The notes beneath the pieces are model-generated. The model was not told the origin of the DNA and did not search any database. It worked only from the letters and a program-made list of their open reading frames with translations. Made by a program: the position numbers and the translations under genes. 64,000 bases of DNA from Candidatus Aminicenantes bacterium. Its GTDB lineage: Bacteria; Acidobacteriota; Aminicenantia; Aminicenantales; JAFGAV01. This document shows, one piece after another, positions 9,775 through 19,579 of the stretch (its first letter is position 1; each line of letters begins with the position of its first letter). The stretch lies in the NCBI GenBank assembly GCA_963702835.1, contig OY969762.1, forward strand, positions 2,278,427 through 2,342,426. The letters run 5' to 3'.

Positions 9775-10143
9775 AAGGTCATCGTCTTCATCCCGAGCCA
9801 TCAAGCCGTAGACCGGAATATCGAACATCTGAGGCTTCTATTTGTCGCCGCGAAACCTCCACCTTCCCTTGTCTTCGAGGCGGATGTATTATTCCATCGT
9901 AACTAGCAGAGGAGATTCATCGGCCGGCACGATCATGCACCATGCCGCAGAAAAAGGAATTTCCTCTTGGGCTAATAGAGATTTCCATCCCTCACCAGCC
10001 GGAGGGCGGGATGCTCAGCCAGCAGCCCGTGGAAGTCACGGTGATCTGGACCCGCCCCTCTTCCAGCCGGCAGGTGAAGATCTCAGCTATCGTCTTCCGG
10101 CGGGCATCCTGAACCCGCCTACGCTCCAGGACTTCCAGGACCT

Positions 10144-10746
10144 TCAACTCGCGGTCTTTGAGCCGAACGGCGCGGGGCGTTTCCCCCCTTTGTACCCCGC
10201 ATAGAATACGACCCGGCAGGGAATGCGCCGAGCCGGCCGCTCGACGAGGACGGCGGCCAGTTGGGAAGAGAGCTCCTCCGCGGCCTTCTTCAGGGCTGCC
10301 GACAAAGGTGCTCCCTCCCGGCATGAGCGCGGCTCAATTCCCAATACAAGCACCCGGCAGCCGATGCTCTCTTCTAAATAACCTACAAGAAGGGCAAGCG
10401 GCATCCTATGGGAGGAGATGTCTTCCACGGCCATATCCTTTTTCCCGAGCAGGAAGACCGACCCGGGCTTTTTCCCGCTCGCGGCCGCGTCGAGGATGAG
10501 GACCAGGCCGGGCCGAAAGCGGCGGATTTCTCCGGTCAGGCTTTCCGGAGTCTCATGGCCCAGGAGGACCTTGAGGCGCGACCGTCCCTTTTGTCCGAGC
10601 TTTTTTTTAAGCGCGGCCGCGGCCAGGACGCCGGCACCGTCGTCTCCGCGGCCGATATTTCCTACGCCCAGGACAGCGACCCTCTGCGCCGCCCGTAGTT
10701 CATCGCTGAGGCCGCCAAGCTCTGAAAAAATATCAACATGCGCCAT
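10144..10746 (-). CDS. hycI: Hydrogenase maturation endopeptidase (HycI-like); possibly extends to 9992 through a frameshift
   Basis: VLGVGNIGRGDDGAG, HETPES, LILDAA, SSHRMPL, VLGIEP. ATG at 10746. Confidence 0.85.
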   Translation of the reverse strand: MAHVDIFSELGGLSDELRAAQRVAVLGVGNIGRGDDGAGVLAAAALKKKLGQKGRSRLKVLLGHETPESLTGEIRRFRPGLVLILDAAASGKKPGSVFLLGKKDMAVEDISSHRMPLALLVGYLEESIGCRVLVLGIEPRSCREGAPLSAALKKAAEELSSQLAAVLVERPARRIPCRVVFYAGYKGGKRPAPFGSKTAS

Positions 10747-10960
10747 GGGGTAACATTCCACGCCCTCACAAGATTTTATATTATACCTAAAGATGCGCAT
10801 TGGCCACCCTATCAAGCTCGTCTTTTTAGCGGGGAGATCGGTCGAAGGCGGCGATTTCGAATCGCTGGTCCATCTGTCTGGCGTCGGCGGGTAGGGTGCT
10901 TCTATTTTGTAAAATAGCGCCAGCCTTGCTACAATTTTTTGCAGGCCAAGGAGGTCAACG

Positions 10961-11518
10961 ATGAAAAGAGTCACTATCGCCTGCTGCGCGGCGGTTTTGT
11001 TATCAACGGGCCTGGCCGCAGCCGATCCGGCCCTTCGCACAGCGGTCAAGGTCGAAGGTTTCAAGGACCTGTTCCGCACCGGCGATTTCTTTATTGCCGG
11101 CCAGCCCACGCTGGAAGAATTGCGTTGGCTTCAGTCGGCCGGCGTGACGCTCGTGGTCAACATACGTTCTGAGGCCGAGAACAAAGAATTCACGGCCACG
11201 GCCTTTAGCGAAGAAAGCGTCGTCAAGGAGATGGGCCTGGCCTACGCCTTGTTGCCGGTCGGGGAAAAAGAGTCCTTCAGTCCGAGGACGGTCGACAGCT
11301 TCGCCGCGCTTCTCTCCGGGACCAGGGGCAACGTGCTCCTGCATTGCGCTTCCGCCGGCCGCGCCACGAGCCTGTGGATGGCCTATCTGGTACGCCATCG
11401 CGGGTTCGAGGTTGACGAGGCGGCAGGCGTCGGCCGCCAGATGAAGTTCACCTTGCCCTTCGAGGATTTCCTGGGCGGCCGCATCCTGATGAGGCTGGAA
11501 GAGACAGAAAAGCAATAG
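10961..11518 (+). CDS. Exported protein-tyrosine-phosphatase-like/DUF442 (CX5R) protein
   Basis: Signal peptide; AGQPTLEEL, VVNIR, LLHCASAGRA (HCX5R). Confidence 0.75.
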   Translation: MKRVTIACCAAVLLSTGLAAADPALRTAVKVEGFKDLFRTGDFFIAGQPTLEELRWLQSAGVTLVVNIRSEAENKEFTATAFSEESVVKEMGLAYALLPVGEKESFSPRTVDSFAALLSGTRGNVLLHCASAGRATSLWMAYLVRHRGFEVDEAAGVGRQMKFTLPFEDFLGGRILMRLEETEKQ

Positions 11519-11578
11519 GGCTCTGTCTATGCTTCCTTGCGGTGGGTTCCGCTCAGTCGATCGAGCAAGAGGCCAGCC

Positions 11579-11968
11579 CTAGGCCTGGGGCTTGATCTTA
11601 ACCACGGCCCGCACGAACTCCCAGGCCATCTTGAGGTCGTGCCGGTCGAAGGCGGCAATCTCGAAGAGCTGGTCCATCTGCATAGCGTCAGTGGGGCAGG
11701 AATCGACGCACTGGGCGCAGTGGATGCAGCGGTCGTTGTGGATGGCCAGCTTGAACTTCTTCTCGGCCTCGTTGACCGAGGTGATGTCGATGGCCTCGGC
11801 CGGGCAGTCGCGCTCGCAGGCCCGGCAGACGATGCACAGCTCGGTCCGCAGGAAGGGCGAGCCCCGGAAATCCTTGGGCACCTCGAGCTTTTGAAAAGGA
11901 TAGTCCACCGTGGCCGGTTTTTTGAACAGGTGCCGGAGGAGCTCGGGCAGGAAGGCCGCCAGTCTCAT
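11579..11968 (-). CDS. Membrane-bound hydrogenase 2x[4Fe-4S] subunit (NuoI-like)
   Basis: CIVCRACERDCP and CIHCAQCVDSCP. Confidence 0.92.
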   Translation of the reverse strand: MRLAAFLPELLRHLFKKPATVDYPFQKLEVPKDFRGSPFLRTELCIVCRACERDCPAEAIDITSVNEAEKKFKLAIHNDRCIHCAQCVDSCPTDAMQMDQLFEIAAFDRHDLKMAWEFVRAVVKIKPQA

Positions 11969-12936
11969 AGGACCCAGCCCTTGATGAAAATGACGATGAG
12001 AAGCTGGAGCACGGCCAGGGGAGCCAGGTATTTCCAGGCGAAAGACACGACCTGGTCTATCCGGATCCGGCCGGTGACGGCCCGCATCAGCGTCAGGAGG
12101 AAAACCACCGCCAGCGTCTTGCCCAGGAACTGGAGGAAGCCCAGGAACACTCCGCCGCCGAATCCGCCCAGAAAGACTGTGGCCAAGAGGCCGGCCGAGA
12201 CGACCAGCTCGATGTCGGTCATCAGCCGGAAGAAGGCCAGCTTCTTGCCCGAATATTCGGTGAAGGTCCCGCCCACGATCTCGGTCTCGGCATGGGGGAT
12301 GTCGAAGGGCGTCCGCTCCAGCTTGGCCTGGACGCAGACCAGGGCCACGGCGAACCCGATGAGGTTGGGCAGGATGAGCAGGGGGTGCTGCCGGTAGAAG
12401 GCGGCGATCTCGGCCAAACGCCAGCTCCCGGCCAGGAGGGCCGGGCTGAGCACGGCCAGGAAGAGCGGCACCTCGTAGCCGAAGAACATGGTCAGGACGC
12501 GGGACCCGCCGATGGTGGAAAAAAGATTGGTGGACGACCAGCCGGCCAGGAAGAAGATAAGCGTGGGCAGGCTGAGCAGGTAGAGGAGAATGATGATGTC
12601 ACCGGGGAAGGAGTTGAACCCCGGCTGGAGGGGGTTGGTGTGCCACACCGGCAGGAGCAGCCCGGCCGTGGCCACGATGGCCAGGCCGAAGATAGGGAGC
12701 AGGGTGAAAAGTGTTTTATCGGCCTTGTCCGGGACGATGTCCTCCTTGGACATGAGCTTGACGAAGTCGGCGATGGGCTGCAGAAGCCCGAAGGGGCCGG
12801 TGTGGGTGGGGCCCATCCGGTTCTGCAGCCGGGCGTACACCTTCCGGTCGAACCATTCGACGAAGGTGGCATAGACAAAGAGGAAAAGGATGCCCGGATA
12901 GACGATGAGATAGAGGACGGTCTTTAGAACGGCCAC
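11965..12936 (-). CDS. Membrane-bound hydrogenase NuoH-like membrane subunit
   Basis: RKVYARLQNRMGP, GLLQPIADFVKL, RTPFDIPHAETEIVGG. Confidence 0.92.
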   Translation of the reverse strand: MAVLKTVLYLIVYPGILFLFVYATFVEWFDRKVYARLQNRMGPTHTGPFGLLQPIADFVKLMSKEDIVPDKADKTLFTLLPIFGLAIVATAGLLLPVWHTNPLQPGFNSFPGDIIILLYLLSLPTLIFFLAGWSSTNLFSTIGGSRVLTMFFGYEVPLFLAVLSPALLAGSWRLAEIAAFYRQHPLLILPNLIGFAVALVCVQAKLERTPFDIPHAETEIVGGTFTEYSGKKLAFFRLMTDIELVVSAGLLATVFLGGFGGGVFLGFLQFLGKTLAVVFLLTLMRAVTGRIRIDQVVSFAWKYLAPLAVLQLLIVIFIKGWVL

Positions 12937-14126
12937 AGCCCCGTCCCCTTTCTTGGATTTTTATCGAACCTCTCCTTGGCCAGGGTCCGCAGCTCGCTGA
13001 AGCGCAGGACTTTCTCCTCTCCCGTCCGCAAGTCCACGGTCTCCACGGTCCGCTCAGCGCAGCAGATGCAGGGGTCGATGGCGGCGAAGATGAGGGGGAT
13101 GTCGGCGATGAACCCGTTCTTAAGCATCTCTACGGTGGCCGGGTAGTTGGCCAGGGTGGGCGCCCGGACCTTCAGGCGCTCGGGCTTGTCCGCGCCGCCC
13201 GAGACGATGTAGTGCATGTTCTCGCCCCGGGGCGCCTCGTAGCGGCTGACCACCTCGCCCGGCTTGGCCCGGCGGGGGGCTTTGACCTTGACCTCGCCCG
13301 AGGGCAAGTTCTTGAGCATGAACTCGATCAGGTTGTAGCACTGGAAAAGCTCTTTGACGCGGACGACGACCCGGCCCAGCACGTCGCAGCTGTCGGCCGT
13401 TGAGACTTCGAAGGGCGTCTCGGCGTAGATCCCGTAGGGGTCGTCCCGGCGCACATCCCGCGCAATGTCCGAGGCCCGGGCCATGGGGCCGACCGCGCAC
13501 AGGTCCATGGCCTTTTCCTTGGACAGTTTGCCCACGCCCGCCAGGCGGCCGACGAAGGTCGGCTCGTTGGCCCCGATCTTGAGGTAGTACTCGGTGCGCC
13601 GGCGCAGGATATCGAGCTGGCCCAGGATCTTCTGCCGCAGCCCTTCATCCAGGTCGCGCCGCACCCCGCCCAAGGTGTTGATGGCGTAATGGACTCTGTT
13701 CCCGGAGATGGCCTCCAGCATGTCCATGACGATCTCACGGTCCCGCCAGGTGTACATGAAAAACGTATCGAAGCCGGCCTCGTGGCCGGCCACGCCCAGC
13801 CACAGCAGATGGCTGTGGACCCGCTCCAGCTCGGCCACCAGGAAGCGGAGGTACAGCCCCCGCTTGGGCGGCACGATGTCCATGAGCTTTTCCACGCCCT
13901 GGACGTAGCAGGTGGCATGGGAGTGGGAGCAGATGCCGCAGATCCGTTCCATGAGGTAGATGTTCTGAATCCAGGTCTTCTCCTCGGCCAGCTTCTCTAT
14001 CCCCCGGTGGTTGTAGCCGAGCCGGATGTCGGCGTCCCGGATGACCTCGCCCTCGACGGTCATGCGCAGGCTGATCGGCTCCTTGAGGGCCGGGTGCTGA
14101 GGGCCGATGGGAATGCTGAATTTCAT
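12924..14126 (-). CDS. Group 4 [NiFe] hydrogenase large subunit
   Basis: L1 ERICGICSHSH and L2 DPCICCAER, followed by a ~40-aa C-terminal extension. Confidence 0.93.
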   Translation of the reverse strand: MKFSIPIGPQHPALKEPISLRMTVEGEVIRDADIRLGYNHRGIEKLAEEKTWIQNIYLMERICGICSHSHATCYVQGVEKLMDIVPPKRGLYLRFLVAELERVHSHLLWLGVAGHEAGFDTFFMYTWRDREIVMDMLEAISGNRVHYAINTLGGVRRDLDEGLRQKILGQLDILRRRTEYYLKIGANEPTFVGRLAGVGKLSKEKAMDLCAVGPMARASDIARDVRRDDPYGIYAETPFEVSTADSCDVLGRVVVRVKELFQCYNLIEFMLKNLPSGEVKVKAPRRAKPGEVVSRYEAPRGENMHYIVSGGADKPERLKVRAPTLANYPATVEMLKNGFIADIPLIFAAIDPCICCAERTVETVDLRTGEEKVLRFSELRTLAKERFDKNPRKGTGLWPF

Positions 14127-14629
14127 TTCTTTCCTCCGGGGATGACCTCCGGGGGCCGCTCGAATTTCCAGTCCTTGCGCAGGGGGAAGTTTTGCTCCGG
14201 CCAGTCGTCGGGCAGGACCAGGCGGCGGGCGTCGGGAATGTTGTCTACGACGATCCCGAACATGTCCTGCAGCTCACGCTCATAGAGGACGGCCCCGGGG
14301 ATGACCGAACAGATGGACGGAAGATGCGGCACTGTTTTTTCTTTTAACACTTCATCAATGCCCGTGGGCTTGGGGATCTGAGTCCTGACGTTGAGATTCC
14401 CCCCTTCATAACCGAAGTGATAGAGAATCTCGAAGGCGTCTCCCTTATCAACTCCGCTGATCGTGGCCAGGTACCAGAAGCCCAAGTCCCTTTTTAAATT
14501 GGTCATGACTGAAACCAGGTCCTCAACGGCGACGGTCATGAAGATCCGGCCGGGCGCGGGGTTGGTGATCTCCACGATCCGGCTCCCCAACGCTCCCTTG
14601 ATCCGTTCGATTGTATCCAGGTCGTTCAT
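14123..14629 (-). CDS. NuoC-like hydrogenase subunit
   Basis: YERELQDMFGI...LPDDWP..FPLRKDW. Confidence 0.9.
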   Translation of the reverse strand: MNDLDTIERIKGALGSRIVEITNPAPGRIFMTVAVEDLVSVMTNLKRDLGFWYLATISGVDKGDAFEILYHFGYEGGNLNVRTQIPKPTGIDEVLKEKTVPHLPSICSVIPGAVLYERELQDMFGIVVDNIPDARRLVLPDDWPEQNFPLRKDWKFERPPEVIPGGKK

Positions 14630-14643
14630 GGCATTCTCGATGC

Positions 14644-15063
14644 TCAGAGTTTCCCCAGCAGTTTGACCACCCCGTCCAGGATGGCGTCCGGCCGGGCCGG
14701 GCAGCCCGGGACATAGACGTTCACCGGAATGACCTGGTCCAGGCCGCCCATAACGTTGTAAGCCCCCCGGTAAACACAGCCGGACATGGCGCAGGCACCC
14801 ACGGCGATGACGAACTTCGGGTCGGGGGTTTGATCGTAAATCCGGATGATGCGGTCCTTCATCTGGCGCGTCACCGGCCCGGTGGAAATCAGGACATCGG
14901 CATGCCGGGGAGTGGCCTTGAGCAGCACGCCGAGCCTCTCCACGTCGAAGCGGGGCGTCAGGGCGGCCACCACCTCGATGTCGCAGGCGTTGCAGGCGCC
15001 CGAGTTGAGGTGGAGGATCCAGGGGGATTTGATCCGGGACCAGCGGACGAGTCGGTTCAGCAT
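14644..15063 (-). CDS. Hydrogenase small subunit (NuoB-like)
   Basis: ACNACDIE, AVGACAMSG, YVPGCPARP. Confidence 0.92.
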   Translation of the reverse strand: MLNRLVRWSRIKSPWILHLNSGACNACDIEVVAALTPRFDVERLGVLLKATPRHADVLISTGPVTRQMKDRIIRIYDQTPDPKFVIAVGACAMSGCVYRGAYNVMGGLDQVIPVNVYVPGCPARPDAILDGVVKLLGKL

Positions 15064-15064
15064 G

Positions 15065-15397
15065 TCAGTCTCTCGTCACCAGGGCCATGATGGCCAGAAA
15101 GATCACAACCAGGTAGAAGATGGCCAGCAGCAGGACCTTGCCGCCCGGCGCAGTGGCCACGACCAGGGCCGCTACATGCATGATGGTGAAGAACAGGGCG
15201 ATGAAAAAGAACAGCCTGTAGCCGAACTGCACCTTGGTCCCCGGAATGTCCTCACCGCAGGCGTAGGTGGTGAGCTTGCCGCCCGCCTTATTCAGCTTGG
15301 GCCCCATAGCTCGGCCCAGGGCATAGAGAAGGGCGGCCGCCCCCAGCATCAACAGAAAAACCACCGGCGGCGACAACAGCAGGTCGATCTTTTTCAT
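15065..15397 (-). CDS. NuoA-like membrane subunit
   Basis: Three TM segments with YACGE loop. Confidence 0.8.
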   Translation of the reverse strand: MKKIDLLLSPPVVFLLMLGAAALLYALGRAMGPKLNKAGGKLTTYACGEDIPGTKVQFGYRLFFFIALFFTIMHVAALVVATAPGGKVLLLAIFYLVVIFLAIMALVTRD

Positions 15398-15401
15398 GCG
15401 C

Positions 15402-15710
15402 TCATCCCTTCAACTTGGTGAGCTTCCGGACATCCAGGCTGTTGGTGTGGCTGTAGATATTGACGATGATGGCCAGGGCGGTGGCCACCAGGCAGACTTC
15501 CACGACGATGAAGGTGATGACCAGGCTCTGGGCCAGCAGGATGTTCTGCCTGGCGAAGCCGCTGGCCAGCAGGGCCAGGCTCACCCCCTTGCTGATGACC
15601 TCGATACCGATGAACAGCTTGATGAGGTTCTTCATGGCCAGGAGGCAGTAGATGCCCAGGGCCAGCAGGCCGGCGGCGAAGGCCATATAGAGGAGCCAGG
15701 TGTTACTCAT
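15402..15710 (-). CDS. NuoK/MrpC-like membrane subunit
   Basis: NLIKLFIGIEVISKG...AQSLVITFIVVEVC...LTKLKG. ATG at 15710. Confidence 0.85.
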   Translation of the reverse strand: MSNTWLLYMAFAAGLLALGIYCLLAMKNLIKLFIGIEVISKGVSLALLASGFARQNILLAQSLVITFIVVEVCLVATALAIIVNIYSHTNSLDVRKLTKLKG

Positions 15711-16191
15711 CTTTGTTCCTCTTGCGGAATAAGGCCAGGACGGCAAAGACCCCGGCCAGGATGACCAGGACCTGGCCGACCAGGTCGAAGGTCCGCTGCT
15801 TCCACAGCACCTCACCGAACGTGAGGCCCCCGGCTTCCGGAGTCCCGGCCAGAGCCGGAACCTTGGACATCAGGCCCTTCATAACCAGGATGTCTAAGAC
15901 GAGGAAAGCAACAAAAAACAGGGGGAAAATAAGGAGGGCCACTTTGGACTCCCGGACATCGCCCTCTGCCTTGGTCAGGGCGATGGTCAGGATGAAGAGG
16001 ACCGTGATCAGGCCGGCCACTACCGAGATTTCAAACACGCCGGCGTAGGGAGCGTTCATCCGGAAAAAGACGATACCCAGGCAGAGGCTGGCCAGGGCCA
16101 GGCTGATGGCCGACTTGATGAGGTCCCGGGCGAGGATGGCCAGGATGGAAAAGAGGACCAATCCGCCGAGAAGGATGATCTGCAGGACCAT
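15703..16191 (-). CDS. NuoJ/MrpB-like membrane subunit
   Basis: APYAGVFEISVVAGLITVLF and LWKQRTFDLVGQ. Confidence 0.8.
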   Translation of the reverse strand: MVLQIILLGGLVLFSILAILARDLIKSAISLALASLCLGIVFFRMNAPYAGVFEISVVAGLITVLFILTIALTKAEGDVRESKVALLIFPLFFVAFLVLDILVMKGLMSKVPALAGTPEAGGLTFGEVLWKQRTFDLVGQVLVILAGVFAVLALFRKRNKDE

Positions 16192-16194
16192 GGT

Positions 16195-17676
16195 CTAAAA
16201 CCCTCGAAGGCCGCTGACGGCTCCGGCTCCCTGGCCCAGAACACCCGCCGCCGGCTCAATCCAGGTTTTAATGAAGGCGGCAAACAAGATGCCGATGGCG
16301 ATGATGAGCAGGCTCAAAAATACGGTCGAGAAGCTCATCCAGAAGGGCGCCTCGCGGACCTCCTTCCAGCGCTCCTCGAGCTTGCCGAAGAAAGCCTTGC
16401 GCTGGATGAGCAGGTAATACCACAGGGTCAGGACGCTGGCCAGGATGGCGATCACGGCCAAGGGCCACTCGGCCGCCTGGACCAGGGCCATGATGATCAT
16501 CAGCTTGCTCCAAAAACCGGGAAGGGGCGGCACTCCGGCGATGGACAGGGACCCCACCAGGCTGGTGGCCGCGGTGAGGGGCATCCGCCGGGCCAGGCCG
16601 CCCATCTCATCAAGGTTCCGGGTACCGGTAGACATCTGGATGGACCCCGAGTTCAAAAACAGCAGCCCTTTGCCCAGGGCGTGATTGAAGAGATGGAACA
16701 GGCCGCCGACGATCCCCAGCGGCGTGCCCAACCCCAGGCCGAGCACGATATACCCCACCTGGCTGATGGAGGAATAGGCCAGCATCCGTTTCAGGTCATT
16801 CTGGCCCAAGGCCAGCAGGGCGGCCACTACGATCGACACGGCTCCCAGCCACATCAGGACCTGGGACAGGGCGGGAGTCAGCCCGAAGACATTGAACAGA
16901 ATGCGGACGAGGGCGTACACTCCCGACACTTTGATCAGCAGGCCGGACAGGATGGCTGAGATAGGGGCCGGAGCCGAAGGATGGGCGTCGGGCAGCCAGG
17001 CATGGAAGGGGATGAGAGCGGCCTTGAGCCCGAACCCCATGAGGAAAAGGGCCGCGCACAGCCCGACGGCCAGCGGAGCGTTCAAAGTGCGCAGGCCTTC
17101 GGCCACGGCGGCAAAGCTCAGCCCGCCGGTCAGGCCGAAGAGAAGGGCGATGCTGACCAGGATGGCGGCCGAGGCGATGACCGACAGCATTAAATATTTA
17201 AAGGAGGCCTCCAGTTCGTCGTGCTGCAGGCCGTAGGCCACCAGGGCATAGGAGGCCACCGCCGCCACTTCCAGGAAAATATAAACCTGGAAGAGGTCGG
17301 TGACGAGCACCAGGCCGTTCATTCCGGCGACCATCACCAGCAGGAGGGCGTAATAAACGGCCTTGGAGCCGTAATGGTCCATGTAGTTGATGGAGAACAG
17401 GCCGACCGCCAGGCAGACCAGGGCGATGGCCATGAGCATGAACTGACTGAACCCGTCCACGGCGACCTGGATGTTGAAACTTTCGCCCAGCCAGTTGAGC
17501 TTTTGGAGGAAGGGGCCTTCGCCGATGAGCTGCCTGCCGCCGGTGACGGCATAGACCAGCAACAGGAAGAAGACGGCATTGGCCATAAGGTCGGGCAGGA
17601 ATCTCTTGGAAACTTTGCCCACCAGAGGAAGGACAGCGGCGACCGCCAGGGGCAGGGCGATGTACAAGAAAATCAC
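16195..17676 (-). CDS. Proton-translocating antiporter-like subunit (MrpD/NuoN/M family)
   Basis: LKAALIPFHAWLPDAHPSAP, KRMLAYSSISQVG, GVPPLPGFWSK. Confidence 0.9.
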   Translation of the reverse strand: MIFLYIALPLAVAAVLPLVGKVSKRFLPDLMANAVFFLLLVYAVTGGRQLIGEGPFLQKLNWLGESFNIQVAVDGFSQFMLMAIALVCLAVGLFSINYMDHYGSKAVYYALLLVMVAGMNGLVLVTDLFQVYIFLEVAAVASYALVAYGLQHDELEASFKYLMLSVIASAAILVSIALLFGLTGGLSFAAVAEGLRTLNAPLAVGLCAALFLMGFGLKAALIPFHAWLPDAHPSAPAPISAILSGLLIKVSGVYALVRILFNVFGLTPALSQVLMWLGAVSIVVAALLALGQNDLKRMLAYSSISQVGYIVLGLGLGTPLGIVGGLFHLFNHALGKGLLFLNSGSIQMSTGTRNLDEMGGLARRMPLTAATSLVGSLSIAGVPPLPGFWSKLMIIMALVQAAEWPLAVIAILASVLTLWYYLLIQRKAFFGKLEERWKEVREAPFWMSFSTVFLSLLIIAIGILFAAFIKTWIEPAAGVLGQGAGAVSGLRGF

Positions 17677-17701
17677 TGGTCCTCCTCTGAAGCTGAAGTG
17701 G

Positions 17702-19579
17702 TCATTTCAACAACACATTGATCAGCGCGGCGATCACCAGCAATCCGGCCAGGCACCAGGCCAGGTAGTTGGCATAGTGGCCGTTGTGGGCTTTTTGCAG
17801 GAGGCCGGTAAAAGCGCCGCCGACCTTGGTGACGACTTTTTCGTAGAAGAAGTCGATCGGCCGGTCCAGGCCGCGGAACAGGACCTGGGACAGCCCCTTG
17901 AGGAACTGGATGGCCCGCTCATAGGGGTCGAAGAAACGTTTTTCGGATAGGTTGTAGAGCTGCTTGGCCAGGGGCAGGTTGTGGACGGGCTCCGAGGCCA
18001 GGTAGGCCTTTCGCCCGCCCCGCCGCCAGCCGTAGAAATGGATGGCCAGGGCGATGAGCAGGCACAGCACCGAAATCCCGGCCACCGGGTTGAAGAGGGC
18101 CAGGGCGTGGGAGGTGAAATCGAGGTGCGCGCCCGGCTCGGCATGGCCCTCCAGGATGGGCTGGATGAACGTCTTCAAGGGAAGTTGGTTGAAGACGCCG
18201 AAGATGAGGCACAGGGCGGCCAGGATGAGGATGGGCAGGACTATGGGCAGCTGGCTTTCCTTGACCTTGGGCACTTCCTGGCTCCGCGGCCCGAAGAAAA
18301 CCGAATGGCCGGCCTTGAGGAAGGAGGCGAAGGTGAGGATGGCGCCCAGCCAGGCGGCCACGGCGAAGACGGTGTAGCCGGTTTCCAGGGCGCCGTGGAA
18401 AACCATCTCCTTGGAAACGAAGCCGTTGAGCGGCCAGACGCCGGAGATGGCCAGGGCGCAGACGGCGAACCCGGCCGCGGTGAAGGGCATCTCCCGGGCC
18501 AGCCCGCCCAGCTTCCGCAGTTCGGTCGTCCCGGTCCGGTGCTCGACCGAGCCCGAGCTGAGGAACAGCCCGCACTTGTACATGGCGTGGTTGATCATAT
18601 GGAAGATGCCGCCGGCAATACCTATGGGGATGCCCGTGCCGATGCCCAGGACCATGTAGCCGACCTGGCTGACGGCGTGGAAGGAGAGCAGCTTCTTGAA
18701 GTCCTTCTGGATCAGGGCCATGAACACGGCAAAGACGATGGTGACCGCGCCGATGGTCATCAGGACGATGGCCAGGGTGCTGTTCTTTTCCAAGCGGAAG
18801 AGGTCGAGCGTAATCCTGGCCAGGAGGTAGATGCCCAGCAGCTTCTCGAAAGAGGCCGGCATGAAGGCCATGAAGCTGACCGGAGCGTCCAGGGCCGCGT
18901 CCGGAATCCAGGTGTGGAAGGGCAGGGCTCCGGCCTTGCCGATGGCGCCGATCATCATCATGACAAAGGCCACGGCGGCCAGCCCCTCGGGCTTGACCGA
19001 GACCTGGGACATGGTCAGGGTGCCGGTCATCATCCACAGCAGCCCGATGCCCAGGATCATGCAGAAGTCACAGATGCCGCTGATGATAAAGGCCTTGGCC
19101 GCCGTTCGGGAGGAGGATTCCTTCTGGCCCAGGGAGATCAGGCCGTAAAGGGTCAGGAGCAGCCCCTCCCAGAAAAAGACGAGCGGCACGAAGTTGTCGG
19201 CCAGGACGGCGCCGTTGGCCAGGGCGGCCGACAGGAAGATATAAAAGGTATAAAGGCCGACCCGGGGGTGATCCTTCATCTTGACGATGGAATAGAGGGC
19301 GATGAGGAATAGGAACCCGGCCAGGCCCAGCAAAATGAAGGCGGAAAAATGATAGAGCCTCAGCTCGAACTTGATGTCCGTCCCGAACCAGCCCGGCCTC
19401 CATTCCAGGTTCCTGAGCTTGAAGAAAACGAAGCCGAGATAAAGGACGGCGGCCGACCCGGCCAGCGACAGGCCGTCTCTCAGGACCCGGAGGCGTTTGG
19501 GCAGGACCAAGCATAAAATCGCCACGGCCAGGGGCAGAAGAATGGGCAGGAGCAGCAGGTGAGGCGTCATTTGGGCCAC
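17702..19579 (-). CDS. Antiporter-like subunit (NuoL/MrpA family) with long C-terminal helix region
   Basis: KAGALPFHTWIPDA, GVWPLNGFVSKE, NuoL-like tail HNGHYANY. Confidence 0.9.
   Translation of the reverse strand: MAQMTPHLLLLPILLPLAVAILCLVLPKRLRVLRDGLSLAGSAAVLYLGFVFFKLRNLEWRPGWFGTDIKFELRLYHFSAFILLGLAGFLFLIALYSIVKMKDHPRVGLYTFYIFLSAALANGAVLADNFVPLVFFWEGLLLTLYGLISLGQKESSSRTAAKAFIISGICDFCMILGIGLLWMMTGTLTMSQVSVKPEGLAAVAFVMMMIGAIGKAGALPFHTWIPDAALDAPVSFMAFMPASFEKLLGIYLLARITLDLFRLEKNSTLAIVLMTIGAVTIVFAVFMALIQKDFKKLLSFHAVSQVGYMVLGIGTGIPIGIAGGIFHMINHAMYKCGLFLSSGSVEHRTGTTELRKLGGLAREMPFTAAGFAVCALAISGVWPLNGFVSKEMVFHGALETGYTVFAVAAWLGAILTFASFLKAGHSVFFGPRSQEVPKVKESQLPIVLPILILAALCLIFGVFNQLPLKTFIQPILEGHAEPGAHLDFTSHALALFNPVAGISVLCLLIALAIHFYGWRRGGRKAYLASEPVHNLPLAKQLYNLSEKRFFDPYERAIQFLKGLSQVLFRGLDRPIDFFYEKVVTKVGGAFTGLLQKAHNGHYANYLAWCLAGLLVIAALINVLLK

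Noticed and set aside
10845-10875. tRNA-like TTCGAAT motif
   Set aside because: Only a short palindrome; no cloverleaf can be built.
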